A stretch of DNA of 64,000 bases from contig OZ024743.1 of the NCBI GenBank assembly GCA_964016885.1, positions 9,362,001 through 9,426,000 on the forward strand, in the 5' to 3' direction. The notes below the pieces were generated by a model, which worked only from the letters and a program-made list of their open reading frames with translations, was not told where the DNA came from and ran no database searches. Each line of letters begins with the position of its first letter. Position 1 is the first letter of the stretch. This DNA is from Eledone cirrhosa. Taxonomy: Eukaryota. Position numbers and translations under genes: made by a program. This document shows positions 38,363 through 50,410 of this stretch, one piece after another.

Positions 38363-39086
38363 ATAAGCAGCCATACATGGTTTGAAAATCCGCTCGGTGA
38401 AATGCGCGTCCTCGGCTATGGTTTATTAATTTGTTGTGGAGCTAACTCATTACCGAACTCGTCCTCTGAACTGAGCGCTCTACTTACTACAGATTTCTCT
38501 TAATACACAAACTGACACCCTCGCGCACACAAACAGATACATGCATACACACATAAAAACATACACACATAAACACATACACATATATATAATTCATTGT
38601 AAAGGTTATCTCTGTATCAATGATTTGATGTCTGATTATTGTAGTCTTTTCAGGAATTGATTTCCTATGGATATTAATATAATATAGTCTAAAATGACAA
38701 TAAACGAAACTTTTAAAAAACTCCTTACAGGATTTACAGTATTTAATTTTCTTCGTACACATTTCGATTTTTGATGTCACACGGATCAACCTGTATCGAT
38801 TGAAAGAAAGCGAATAATCTAGGTTGTAGCAAAAGTTTCGATTCTGTGGACTTTAATCCTCAGCGGAATTTAAAAAAAGAACTTACAGTTTTGTAATGTT
38901 AAAGCAGCCACTATAACACAGCTGAGGGACTTCATGAACAACAGTACACAACAGTAGTAAAACAATACAGTCATTGTTTGTTTACTACATAACCATATGC
39001 GATGTTGTTTTATATCTTTGACAATCGAAAAGCTATATACATCACAAGGTATTTTAAATTGAATATATTCTATTCATTGTTTTATT

Positions 39087-39303
39087 TGGATTGGCAGTAT
39101 CGGTAGAGTCGGACACCATGCTTTGCAGCATAGAGTTACAGCCCTTTATGATCTGATTTTAAATCCCGCCGAGGTTAACTTTGCCTTTCATCCTTACGGG
39201 GTCGATAAAATAAAGCACCAGTAACTTACTGGGGTCAATTTAATCGACTTTCCCCTCCTCCCCCCAAAATTACTGGCGTTGTGCCTATACTAGAAATCAT
39301 TAT
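39087..39303 (+). mobile_element. tRNA-derived SINE
   Basis: tggattggcagtatcggtagag...aaatcccgccgaggttaactttgcctttcatccttacggggtcgataaa...agaaatcattatt. Confidence 0.85.
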
Positions 39304-39451
39304 TTCAGTCTTTTGAATAAATTTATCAATCAAATAACATTAATAACACTACCAGAGAAACACAGCCCTCCAGGCGGTTTTCTCCGAATTCTATCTATCT
39401 ACCTACCTATCTATCTACTTCTCTCTCTATATATATCTATATCTATGTATC

Positions 39452-39520
<69 letters not shown>

Positions 39521-39753
39521 ATATCTATCTAACTCTCTATCTCGCTCTCTGGGATGGACACACGCGTGTAACTTGCTGAGTAAGTTCTGTTTCAATTTCT
39601 ATAGAAATTCCTGTTTGTAAACTTTAATTTTTGTACCATTTTGTAGAGGGACTGCCAGGTCAAACTTTGATCTGGTCAGTCTCTCAAAATATTCTACGCC
39701 TTTAGGCGAAATAGGTACCAACATTTTTTTTGAAAAGTTAACATTTTTGTAAA

Positions 39754-41481
39754 ATGGCTGAAGCTTCTTCACCAAAATTCGAAGGAAGAAAGGAGAAGAT
39801 AAGCTTACAGATTCCCCCTGCCACTGTCACAGTAGCAGAGGTCAAAAGCAAAGGTCAGCCAGAGGAAGGATTTTCTCCACCTGCTGACCGACAACAAACC
39901 AAAGAACCAGCGGCACCAGCAACAACAACAACAACAATGCTACGGACGAAAACAACACCAATAACAATAACAACAACAACAACACCAATAACTGTGATAA
40001 CAACAACACCACCAACTACAACAGCAACACAAACAAGGAAAATGTCTCCTTCGCCCAGACGGCAAGGAAAACCCTCGACTATCTGCCAGTAGATATAACC
40101 AAAGCGAAGGATCTACTGGCAGATGCCAAAAAATACATAATGTACGGAGAAAATGGTGCATTTTCGACCCCCCCCCCCGGAACTAAAAAGCCAGAGACTC
40201 CTAAACACTGTCATGTTTAGGACAATCTCAAATAAAAGCAAAAAACCAGCTCAACCATCACAGAATGAGATAGAGCTGGTTTTAAAAGACGTCATGAAAG
40301 ACATCACATTCATCCAGAAGGATAGACTCTACGGGAGTCTATCCATTCTCATGAAGGACAGGGACACAGCAGTGAAACTGTCCATAAAACCTATTACATC
40401 CACCGCATATACCTTCTACCCTACGTACATGAGTAGAAGGACACAAAAAATAAAAATCCACACCATCCTGCCGATTATGGACATATGGTGGGTTTTGACA
40501 GGTTTCCTGAAGCTGGATGATGACACGCTGGTGTCCATGGGAAAGGCATCGGGTGACGCGTTCAGTGGAACGAGCCTCGAACTTGTAGTTCAAATGAGGC
40601 CCGAAAGGATCGCCCAGATCCCTGAACGCGTCATACTGGATGATCAAACTTTCATCAACATTACCGTTGAGGGTAGGCGGCCCTCGTGTTACCTCTGTGG
40701 AATTAGAGGTTACCTGAGGGCTGTCTGTCCCCAACTTAATAAGAAAACGCCAATCCTGCCTACACCACCAACAACTGCACAACCAACACAACCACCACAA
40801 CCACCACAGCTCAAACCCAAACAAAACAATGTCCACCCCCCCCCCACTAAAAAAAAACAATTCCCAAAACACCCGCACCGCAAACACAACCCAAAAATAT
40901 ACCCCTCCCCTCCAACGCGGAAGATGACCCTCGTTCGTCGTCAGACGAGGTGGAGCACTTCCACACAATCAAAAGAAAAAAAAGAAAACACACCTCAGAC
41001 ACACAAATGAAAACAACCCCTCCCCAAAACATAACACTGACACCAATACAAAAGCGCACACAACAACAGCAAACAAAAAACACCACACAAAAACAAAAAC
41101 ATGCATACACATACATAAACACAAGAAACAAAAAAACTGTTAAACATTGTGTATAATAACAATTTAATAAAAACCCAAGGGCCTAACTTCACCCAGGCAG
41201 GGGATTTCCCCCACCTCAAAATGATTAAGGCCCCAAAGGACACTTATAAAACTCTAAAAGACAACTTTAAAGAGGACGTGGGTCCCCCCCCTACGTGGGG
41301 CCCATTAACCGCGTCCTCCTAAAAATCTACCCCCGCCCCAAACACCCACACAACTCCAAACACCCCAACCACACAACACACTGATGCCCCTACACTTCCA
41401 CAAACCACCACCCCACCCAACAACCAATCCCCCACCCTCATGGAAATTGTGCGGCCCGATACCCGGGACGCAGAGAGGTAA
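39754..41481 (+). pseudogene. Tx1-type ORF1, frameshifted
   Basis: MAEASSPK..., VMFRTISNK, INITVEGRRPSCYLCGIRGYLRAVCP, ending MEIVRPDTRDAER*. Confidence 0.8.
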
Positions 41482-41505
41482 GTGCCTTTTCTCTTCACCA
41501 CCAAC

Positions 41506-44500
41506 ATGGCTATGCTAAGAGTAGGCTGTCTAAATGCGCGTGGCCTGGGCTCAACTTGGAAGCAAGCAATGCTTCTAAATGACCTCAGGTCACAACGTAT
41601 AGATGTGATGGTTATTTGCGAGGCCCGGATCAGCAACGTGCGACAGCTGGCCCCCACCTTTGATGACTTTGAGATGCACGCATCTCTCTGTCAGCCCGGA
41701 GGTGGGGGTGGGGTTGTCGTTCTGCTGCAAAAACATCTGGGTCTCGCTACACAGACGGTACATTTGGACCCGGAGGGTCGACTAGTGGTTCTGGACCTTG
41801 GCAGTAGTGAAGGCGGAGCGTTTAGGTTGGTAGCCGCCTACGGCCCTTTCGGGTCAGTGCGGCCGGACTTCTTCCATCGTCTGGAGACTTTTCTAGGGAC
41901 GTCCCGCTCCTTGCTATTAGTGGGGGACTGGAATGGTATCCTAGATGCACGTTGGGACTACGTAGGGGCATGTCCCGATAGAGAGGGGTGTAATAGCCTC
42001 AAAGGGTTAATCCGTCGATTTGACCTGGCCGATAGATATCGACTAGATTTTCCGACTGCGCCAACCTGGACTTAGGCAAATCGCAGCGGATCATCTAGGT
42101 CGTACCTAGATAGGTTCTTAGTTAGAAATAAGGATGACTTTTTAAGTTGTCCAAAAATGAGCATGGTTGGCTATTCAGACCACAAGTTAGTGAGCTGCAT
42201 GGTCAATCTTGACAGAACGCATAGACAGGGACCCGGTTACTGGAAGCTCAACTTGTCCTTACCGGCAAGTAAGGCTTACAGGGACCGGATTAGCATTTTA
42301 GTTAAGGAGCGGTTGACGGGCGCCATCGTCAACAGCAGGTGGTGGGGATCTCTCAAAAGAGAGATTAGAGTAGTCTCTATAGAATTTAGTAAGGAGTTAG
42401 CATCAAATAGAAATAGGAAGGAAAAGGAGCTGGTATATAGTGTAGAAGAGGCAATTAGAAGCGGCAACGTGGCCAGAGTGCTAGCGTCGAAAACGGCCCT
42501 GGGCCAGTTCTTCGACACGAAACACGAAGGCTGCATCGTCCGAAGCAAAATACGTGCTCTGGGAAACGTGGGGACCATAGCTGTTAGCTGGGCCCGCGTG
42601 ACAGAAGCCAAAAGAGGGAGCAGATCCACTATCCGGTCTTTGCGAGACCAGAATGGACGGGTGATCCTTGAACCTAAGCAGATGTGCGAGGCTTTTCAAA
42701 AGCACTTTGCCGGATTGTTCGGAAGGGGCGGGGAGCCGGTTGGGGATGTGGACTTCGGTTCATACCTCGACGGCCTGCCGTGTCTCTCGGACAGGGAGGC
42801 GAAGTCCTGCGAGGATCCGATTTCAGCCGCTGAGATAGAGGACGTGCTGAGCCAATGCGGCAAACGCAAATCCTCGGGTCTCGATGGTCTTCCATACGAA
42901 CTATATCTAGCTATGCCGTACTTGTTCCCCGATCTCCTCGAGGCGGTCTACTGCAACTGGCAACAGAACGGGAGAATTCCCTGTGACCAAGGGCGTAGTC
43001 ACGCTAGTGAGGAAGGATGAGAACAAAGGGGACGATATAAATAATTTCAGGCCCATAACTCTGGTAAATACAGAGTTACAGATTTTGCCCAAGGTGCTAG
43101 TTAGGAGGTTGGCGCTTGTCGTGGGCAACCTGGTGGGAGATGCGCAGACATGTGCTATCCCATCCAGGTCCATCCACGACAACCTCCACCTCAGGCGATA
43201 CATCATAGAGAGGGTTGGGAACGAACCCGGCTTTGGTGGGGCCCCGATCAGCTTGGATCAATCTAAGGCGTTCGATAGGGTCGACCATGGTTACCTGGAT
43301 GCGGTGCTAGCGGAGGCAGGCTTCGGACCCGTTTTCAGGTGCTGGATCAATGCCATGCACAGCAGCCGCATCTGCTCTAGGGTCAAGGTGAACGGCTACC
43401 TCTCGGAGCCGTTCGAAATCGCGCGGTCCATCCGACAAGGGTGCCCTCTCTCCTCCCTTCTGTATGTAATGACTCTAGAGCCACTGTTGCGGAAGTTGGA
43501 GTTGTTGCAGAGCATCCCGTTGGAACCGGGATTGCGGAAAGCGGTGTCGGCTTACGCCGACGACGTAACAGTAATGGTGTCGACGGCCTCGGAAATCGGG
43601 GCGATCGGCACCTTACTGGAGGAGTACGAAAGGTTTACAGGGGCTAAGCTGAACCGGGACAAGTCGATCGGTCTGCAACTCGGCACGTGGAGGGGCAGAT
43701 CGATGCCCTCCGATGGCGTCATCGGGCGCTGGACGGAGGGCCCGGTGAAGTTGCTCGGGGTCTGGTTCGGACCAGACCTCCAGGTGGAGAAGAACTGGGG
43801 TGAGGTAACGAACAGGGTGTTTGCACTGACCCAGAAGTGGGCCGAGTGCAAACTGTCCCTGAAAGGACGGGCGGAGATGGCGAACACTTATATAGCGTCC
43901 GTCATCTACTACCGCCTGACCGTTGTGCCTTGCCCAAGGGAAACGCTCGCCAAAATGGAGCGCGCACTCTTCCAATTCCTTTGGAAGAAGCGGGCTCCTA
44001 TGCTGAGGAGATCCATCTGCTGTCAACACCCTTCGAAAGGAGGGCTGGGGATGCCGTGGCTAATGATACGTAAACACGCATTAAGGCTACGGCACCTCCA
44101 GGTATTCCTCACCGGTCAACCGGTGTGGGCCCCGTTTGTGAGGCGAGCCTTTCCAAGAATCGTCTCACTCACCGAGCTGCAATCCTGGGTCAAGCAAAGA
44201 CCGAGAAAACTGGGCGCCTGGCACACCGAGTGTGCCCAGGCCCTCACGGCTCTCTGGCAAGCGGACCTCGCTGTCAGTGGAGAATCCACCTCGTCATTCT
44301 ATAGAGGGCTGGTGGTTAGCAGGTGCGACGACGCCCTCGGAGAAGCCCTAGGCATGGAGGTAGACGACCTGGACAACCTGTTCGGTAGGACATTCAGCCC
44401 GGGACCCATGGATAACTTCCAGAGGTGCCTGGCCTGGCAGTGCTACCGAGGGGCGCTGCCCGTTCGAGAAAGGCTCTACAGACACGGGCGCCGAGGTAGG

Positions 44501-44934
44501 GACCCCTCGAAAAAGATCTGTCCCAGATACGTGTGCGACGAGGAAACCGTTGCACACGCTTTGGTACACTGCTCGGGCATTGCCATCTGTGGGGCTATGT
44601 CGAACAACTGCTGTCAAGGGTGGGACCGATCCTGTTGACCACCGAGTCTATTGTAACGATCAAGCCGCCTCCCCTCTTCAAAAACGAAGGAGAGGCGGAT
44701 TTTCTGTGCGTAATAGCCATGGCGAAAGAGGTTGTATGGTGGACGCGTCTGAAAGGACTGAGGTCAGACACCTTTCTCTCTGGCCAACAACTGGTCCGTT
44801 TCTTCCGATATCATTTCGGAAGAAGGATCAGGATGGAGAGAGAGGTGCTGCACCCCAGCCGTTTTTATGAAAGATGGGTGAAAGTGGCGAGAATGGCCCG
44901 TGTGAATGGGCCTTCACTCTACATCAGACTATAG
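41506..44934 (+). pseudogene. Tx1-type ORF2 (APE, RT, CCHC), disrupted
   Basis: Closely similar to 45584-49021, with a stop at 42073 and frameshifts near 42983 and 44580. YADD is intact. Confidence 0.92.
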
Positions 44935-45198
44935 GTGAGGAAGATGAAAGACCAAGGGAGCACCCCCTCTCTGTGCTCCTGAGGAAAAGGGTTGCACCCT
45001 TTTTCGGGGGTGTGTGCGACCCCCCAAGGCGCCTCCTCTCTATTGAGAATTTTGTTATAAATTTTATTATGTTATATTTGATTTTATTTTTATATTTTGT
45101 TATTGCCTCCTCCTTATTGAGGACGCCTTGTTTTGTAAACTCCCCCCATTGTAATTGTCCCACTTTTAATGCCCTGGTGGCAAATAAAAGAAACATAG

Positions 45199-45246
<48 letters not shown>

Positions 45247-45316
45247 GTATCTCTCTCTCTATATCTATCTATCTATATATTATGTGCCCCTGTGGCTAAT
45301 AAAGGTAACATATCTA

Positions 45317-45375
<59 letters not shown>

Positions 45376-45378
45376 ATA

Positions 45379-48300
45379 TAACCGCGTCCTCCTAAAAAAC
45401 TATCCCACCCCCTCCCCAAACACCCTCACAACTCCAAGCTCCCCAACCACACAACACACTGATGCCCCCACACTTCCACAAACCACCACCCCACCCAACA
45501 ACCCATCCCCCACCCTAATGGAAATTGTGCAGCCCGATACCCGGGACGCAGAGAGGTAAGTGCCTTTTCTCTTCACCACCAACATGGCTATGCTAAGAGT
45601 AGGCTGTTTAAATGCGCGTGGCCTGGGCTCAACTTGGAAGCAAGCAATGCTTCTAAATGACCTCAGGTCACAACGTATAGATGTGATGGTTATTTGCGAG
45701 GCCCGGATCAGCAACGTGCGACAGCTGGCCCCCACCTTTGATGACTTTGAGATGCACGCATCTCTCTGTCAGCCCGGAGGTGGGGGTGGAGTTGTCGTTC
45801 TGCTGCAAAAACATCTGGGTCTCGCAACACAGATGGTACATTTGGACCCGGAGGGTCGACTAGTGGTTCTGGACCTTGGCAGTGGTAAAGGCGGAGCGTT
45901 TAGGTTGGTAGCCGCCTACGGCCCTTTCGGGTCAATGCGGCCGGACTTCTTCCATCGTCTGGAGACTTTTCTAGGGACGTCCCGCTCCTTGCTATTAGTG
46001 GGGGACTGGAATGGTATCCTAGATGCACGCTGGGACTACGTAGGGGCCTGCCCCGATAGAGAGGGGTGTAATAGCCTCAAAGGGTTAATCGGTCGATTTG
46101 ACCTGGCCGATAGATATCGACTAGATTTTCCGACTGCGCCAACCTGGACTTGGGCAAATCGTAGCGGATCATCTAGGTCGTACCTAGATAGGTTCTTAGT
46201 TAGAATTAAGGATAAGGACTTTTTAAGTTGTCCAAAAATGCGCATTGTTGGCTATTCAGACCACAAATTAGTGACCTGCATGGTCAACCTTGACAGAACT
46301 CATAGACAGGGCACCGGTTACTGGAAGCTCAACTTGTCCTTGCCGGCAAGTAGAGCCTACAGGAATCGGATTAGTACGTTAGTTAAGGAACGGTTGACTG
46401 GAGCGATCGTCAACAGCAGGTGGTGGGTATCTCTAAAGAGAGAGATTAGAGTAGTCTCGATAGAATTTAGTAAGGTTCTAGCTGCGGATAGGAATAGGAA
46501 GGAAAGGGAGCTAATAGATAGAGTAGAAGAGGCAATTAGAAGCGGCGACGTGGCCAGAGTGCTAGCGTCGAGAAAGGCTTTGAGCCAGTATTTCGACGCG
46601 AAGCACGAAGGCTGCGTTGTCCGAAGTAAAATACGTGCTCTAGGGAACGAGGGGACCAAAGCTGTTAGCTGGGCCCGCGTGACAGAGGCCAACAGTGGAA
46701 CTAAATCCACCATCCGGTCTTTGCGAGACCTGGATGGACGGGCGATTCTTGAGCCTAAGCAGATGTGTGAGGCCTTTCAAAGGCACTTTGCCCGACTGTT
46801 CGGGAGGGGCGGGGAGCCGGTTGGGAACGTGGACTTCGGTCCATACCTCGACGGCCTGCCGCGCCTCTCGGACAGGGAGGCGAAGTCCTGCGAGGAGCCG
46901 ATTTCGGCCGCTGAGATAGAGGACGTGCTGAGCCAATGCGGCAAACGCAAATCCCCGGGTCTCGATGGTCTTCCTTACGAATTATATCTAGCTATGCCGG
47001 ACTTGTTCCCCGATCTCCTCGAGGCGGTCTACTGCAACTGGCAACAGAACGGGAGAATTCCCTGTACTGTGACCAAGGGCGTAGTCACGCTAGTGAGGAA
47101 GGACGAGAACAAGGGGGACGAAATAAGTAACTTCAGGCCCATAACACTGCTAAATACAGAGTTACAGATTTTGGCCAAGGTGCTAGCAAAGAGGTTGGCG
47201 CTTGTCGTGGGCAACCTGGTGGGAGATGCGCAGACATGCGCTATCCCGTCCAGGTCCATCCATGACAACCTCCACCTCATGCGATACATCATAGAGAGGG
47301 TTGGGAACGAACCCGGCTTTGGTGGGGCTCTGATCAACTTGGATCAATCTAAGGCGTTCGATAGGGTCGACCATGGTTACCTGGATGCGGTGCTAGCGGC
47401 GGCAGGCTTCGGACCCGTTTTCAGGGGCTGGATCACTGCTATGCACAGCAGCCGCATCTGCTCTAGGGTCAAGGTGAACGGCTACCTCTCGGAGCCGTTC
47501 AAAATCGCGCGGTCCATCCGACAAGGGTGCCCTCTCTCCTCCCTTCTGTATGTGTTGACTCTCGAGCCACTACTGCGGAAGTTGGAGTTGTTGCAGGGCA
47601 TCCCTTTGGAACCGGGATTGCGGATAGCGGTGTCGGCCTACGCCGATGACGTGACAGTAATGGTGTCGACGGCCTCCGAAATCGAGGCGGTCGGCACCTT
47701 ACTGGAGGAGTACGAAAAGTTCACAGGGGCTAAGCTGAACCGGGACAAGTCGATCGGTTTGCAACTCGGCACGTGGAGGGGCAGACCGATGCCCTCCGAT
47801 AGCGTCGTCGCACGCTGGACGGAGGGCCCGGTGAAGTTGCTCGGGGTCTGGTTCGGACCAGACCTCCAGGTGGAGAAAAACTGGGCGGAGGTTACGAACA
47901 GGGTGTTTGCACTGACCCAGAAGTGGGCCAGTTGCAAACTATCCCTGAAAGGTCGGGCGGAGGTGGCGAACACCTACATAGCGTCCGTCATCTACTACCG
48001 CCTGACCGTAGTGCCCTGCCCAAGGGAAACCCTCACCAAGATGGAGCGCGCGCTCTTCCAATTCCTTTGGAAGAGGCGGGCTCCTATGGTGAGGAGATCC
48101 ATCTGCTGTCAACACCCTTCGAAAGGAGGGCTGGGGATGCCGTGGCTAATGATGCGTAAACACGCATTAAGGCTACGGCACCTCTACGTATTCCTCACCG
48201 GACAACCGGTGTGGGCCTCGTTTGTGAGACGAACCTTTCCCAGACTCGTCTCACTCACCGAGCTGCAATCCTGGGTCAAGCAAAGACCGAGAAAACTGGG

Positions 48301-49283
48301 CGCCTGGCACACTGAGTGTGCCCAGGCGCTCACCGCCCTCTGGCAGGCGGATCCGGTTATCAGTGGAGACTCCACCGCAACATTCTATAGAGGGCTGGTA
48401 CGAAGCAGGTGCGACGACGCCCTCGGAGAAGCCCTAGACATGGAGGAGGACGAACTGGCCAGCCTGTTCGGTAGGACATTCAGCCCGGGACCTATGGACA
48501 ACTTCCAGAAGTCCCTGGCCTGGCAGTGCTACCGAGGGGCTTTACCCGTTCGAGAAAGGCTCTACAGACACGGGCGCCCGGGTAGGGACCCCGCCAAAAA
48601 GATCTGTCCCAGATGCGTGTGCGACGAGGAAACCGTTGCACACGCATTAGTACACTGCTCGGGCGTAGCCGATCTGTGGGGCTATGTCGAACAACTGCTG
48701 TCAAGGGTGGGACCGATCCGGTTGACCACCGAGTCTATTGTAATGATCAAGCCGCCTCCCCCCTTCAAAGATGAAGCAGAGGCGGTGTTTCTGTGCGTAA
48801 TAGCCATGGCGAAAGAGGTTGTATGGTGGACGCGTCTGAAAGGACTGAGGTCGGGCACCTTTCTCTCTGGCCAACAACTGGTCCGTTTCTTCCGATATCA
48901 TTTCGGAAGAAGGATCAGGATGGAGAGAGAGGTGCTGCACCCCAGCCGTTTCTATGAAAGATGGGTGAAAGTGGCGAGAATGGCCCGTGTGAATGGGCCT
49001 TCACTCTACATCAGACTATAGGTGAGGAAGATGAAAGACCAAGGGAGCACCCCTTCTCTGTGCTCCTGAGGAGAAGGGTTGCACACTTTTTTCGGGGGTG
49101 TGTGCGACCCCCCAAGGCGCCTCCTCTCTATTGAGGATTTTGTTAAAAATTTTATTTTTTGTTATATCTTATTTTATTTTTATATTTTGTTATTGCCTCC
49201 TCCTTATTGAGGACGCCTTTTTGTGTAAACTCCCCCCTTTGTACTTGTCCCACTTTTGATGCCCTAGTGGCAAATGAAAGAAA
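45379..49283 (+). mobile_element. 5'-truncated L1/Tx1-clade LINE, copy 3, inserted in (TATC)n
   Basis: Starts at taaccgcgtcctcc (equivalent to 41306 of copy 2) directly after (TATC)n, and ends gcaaatgaaagaaa followed by (TATC)n. Confidence 0.93.
45584..49021 (+). CDS. Intact LINE ORF2 protein (1145 aa): APE endonuclease, reverse transcriptase, C-terminal CCHC finger
   Basis: ATG in caccaacATGg. Motifs GCLNARGL, GDWN, SYLDRF and SDH (APE); KSPGLDG, FRPITLLN, DQSKAFDRVDH, QGCPLS and YADD (RT); CPRCVCDEETVAHALVHC. Confidence 0.95.
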   Translation: MAMLRVGCLNARGLGSTWKQAMLLNDLRSQRIDVMVICEARISNVRQLAPTFDDFEMHASLCQPGGGGGVVVLLQKHLGLATQMVHLDPEGRLVVLDLGSGKGGAFRLVAAYGPFGSMRPDFFHRLETFLGTSRSLLLVGDWNGILDARWDYVGACPDREGCNSLKGLIGRFDLADRYRLDFPTAPTWTWANRSGSSRSYLDRFLVRIKDKDFLSCPKMRIVGYSDHKLVTCMVNLDRTHRQGTGYWKLNLSLPASRAYRNRISTLVKERLTGAIVNSRWWVSLKREIRVVSIEFSKVLAADRNRKERELIDRVEEAIRSGDVARVLASRKALSQYFDAKHEGCVVRSKIRALGNEGTKAVSWARVTEANSGTKSTIRSLRDLDGRAILEPKQMCEAFQRHFARLFGRGGEPVGNVDFGPYLDGLPRLSDREAKSCEEPISAAEIEDVLSQCGKRKSPGLDGLPYELYLAMPDLFPDLLEAVYCNWQQNGRIPCTVTKGVVTLVRKDENKGDEISNFRPITLLNTELQILAKVLAKRLALVVGNLVGDAQTCAIPSRSIHDNLHLMRYIIERVGNEPGFGGALINLDQSKAFDRVDHGYLDAVLAAAGFGPVFRGWITAMHSSRICSRVKVNGYLSEPFKIARSIRQGCPLSSLLYVLTLEPLLRKLELLQGIPLEPGLRIAVSAYADDVTVMVSTASEIEAVGTLLEEYEKFTGAKLNRDKSIGLQLGTWRGRPMPSDSVVARWTEGPVKLLGVWFGPDLQVEKNWAEVTNRVFALTQKWASCKLSLKGRAEVANTYIASVIYYRLTVVPCPRETLTKMERALFQFLWKRRAPMVRRSICCQHPSKGGLGMPWLMMRKHALRLRHLYVFLTGQPVWASFVRRTFPRLVSLTELQSWVKQRPRKLGAWHTECAQALTALWQADPVISGDSTATFYRGLVRSRCDDALGEALDMEEDELASLFGRTFSPGPMDNFQKSLAWQCYRGALPVRERLYRHGRPGRDPAKKICPRCVCDEETVAHALVHCSGVADLWGYVEQLLSRVGPIRLTTESIVMIKPPPPFKDEAEAVFLCVIAMAKEVVWWTRLKGLRSGTFLSGQQLVRFFRYHFGRRIRMEREVLHPSRFYERWVKVARMARVNGPSLYIRL

Positions 49284-49322
49284 TATATCTATCTATCTAT
49301 ATATATATATATATATATATCC

Positions 49323-49424
<102 letters not shown>

Positions 49425-49608
49425 CACTCAGTACTCCTTTCGGAGCCCCTACATGGACACACTAGAAGGGGAAGACCAAGGTTACCGTATGTTGAAGCCC
49501 TAAGGACAGACACTGGCCTGTTGGAGACGCAGGACATGGCAGCTATAATGAGGGACAGAGACCGCTGGAGAGAACTCGTCCATGGATCTCGGGAATTTTA
49601 CCCGCCTT

Positions 49609-49610
<2 letters not shown>
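49425..49610 (+). mobile_element. RTE-type LINE extreme 3' end
   Basis: [25 protein letters not shown]...[11 protein letters not shown], then (TA)n. Sister copy of 20064-20210. Confidence 0.65.
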
Positions 49611-49697
<87 letters not shown>

Positions 49698-49751
49698 GAA
49701 TTTGTTTATCGTAAACTCGTGAGCTGATTTTCCGATACTCGATTATTCTAC

Positions 49752-49783
<32 letters not shown>

Positions 49784-49785
49784 TA

Positions 49786-50043
49786 TCAGCCGTTAATTTT
49801 CATAAGGAAAGTATATACTTTCGAACGTTCAACCATCTGGCAGAAGGGTATACGGTGCTGACGATAGCTAACAAGCTTGAAACTAGTACATCGTTCCTGT
49901 GTCAGTGTTGAACAAAAAGGTGACGTGGTTGCCTTAACACCGTACGGCATAAATCAGGCTGTCCGTTTGTTTACAAACGAACAAAGCGAGTGTTATAATA
50001 AATATTCGGTAAACTGATACGTACATATATATATGTGTGCCTG

Positions 50044-50097
<54 letters not shown>

Positions 50098-50140
50098 TGC
50101 TACTGTACGTCTGTATACATATATGTATGTACGTATACAT
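49786..50140 (+). mobile_element. Non-coding HHR-containing repeat (family A), embedded in (TA)n
   Basis: Homologous to 20896-21158 (reverse), 26735-26945 and 53575-53815. No credible ORF. Confidence 0.7.
49852..49894 (+). ncRNA. Minimal type I hammerhead ribozyme (family A)
   Basis: ACGGTG CTGACGA t AGCT aaca AGCT t GAAAC ta GTA CATCGT: 6-bp stem I, 4-bp stem II, palindromic ACTAGT stem III, predicted GUA cut after 49888. Confidence 0.8.
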
Positions 50141-50150
50141 ACATACTTAC

Positions 50151-50203
<53 letters not shown>

Positions 50204-50326
50204 TATATATATATATATATACATACATATATATAATATATATATATAGATATATATTAATATAGACATATATATATATATATATATATACATACATACA
50301 TATATATAATATATATACACACACAG

Positions 50327-50408
<82 letters not shown>

Positions 50409-50410
50409 CT

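Larger units (their letters stand above)
39540..45194 (+). mobile_element. Full-length L1/Tx1-clade LINE, copy 2, inserted in (TATC)n
   Basis: (CTAT)n at 39390-39540 and 45197-45378. Contains ORF1 and ORF2 remnants and 3' terminus atgccctggtggcaaataaaagaaa. Confidence 0.92.

Noticed and set aside
39540-49283. Tx1 copies 2 and 3 as an assembly duplication or LTR structure
   Set aside because: The copies differ by many substitutions and indels, and copy 3 has its own 5' truncation and TATC flanks, so they are independent insertions.
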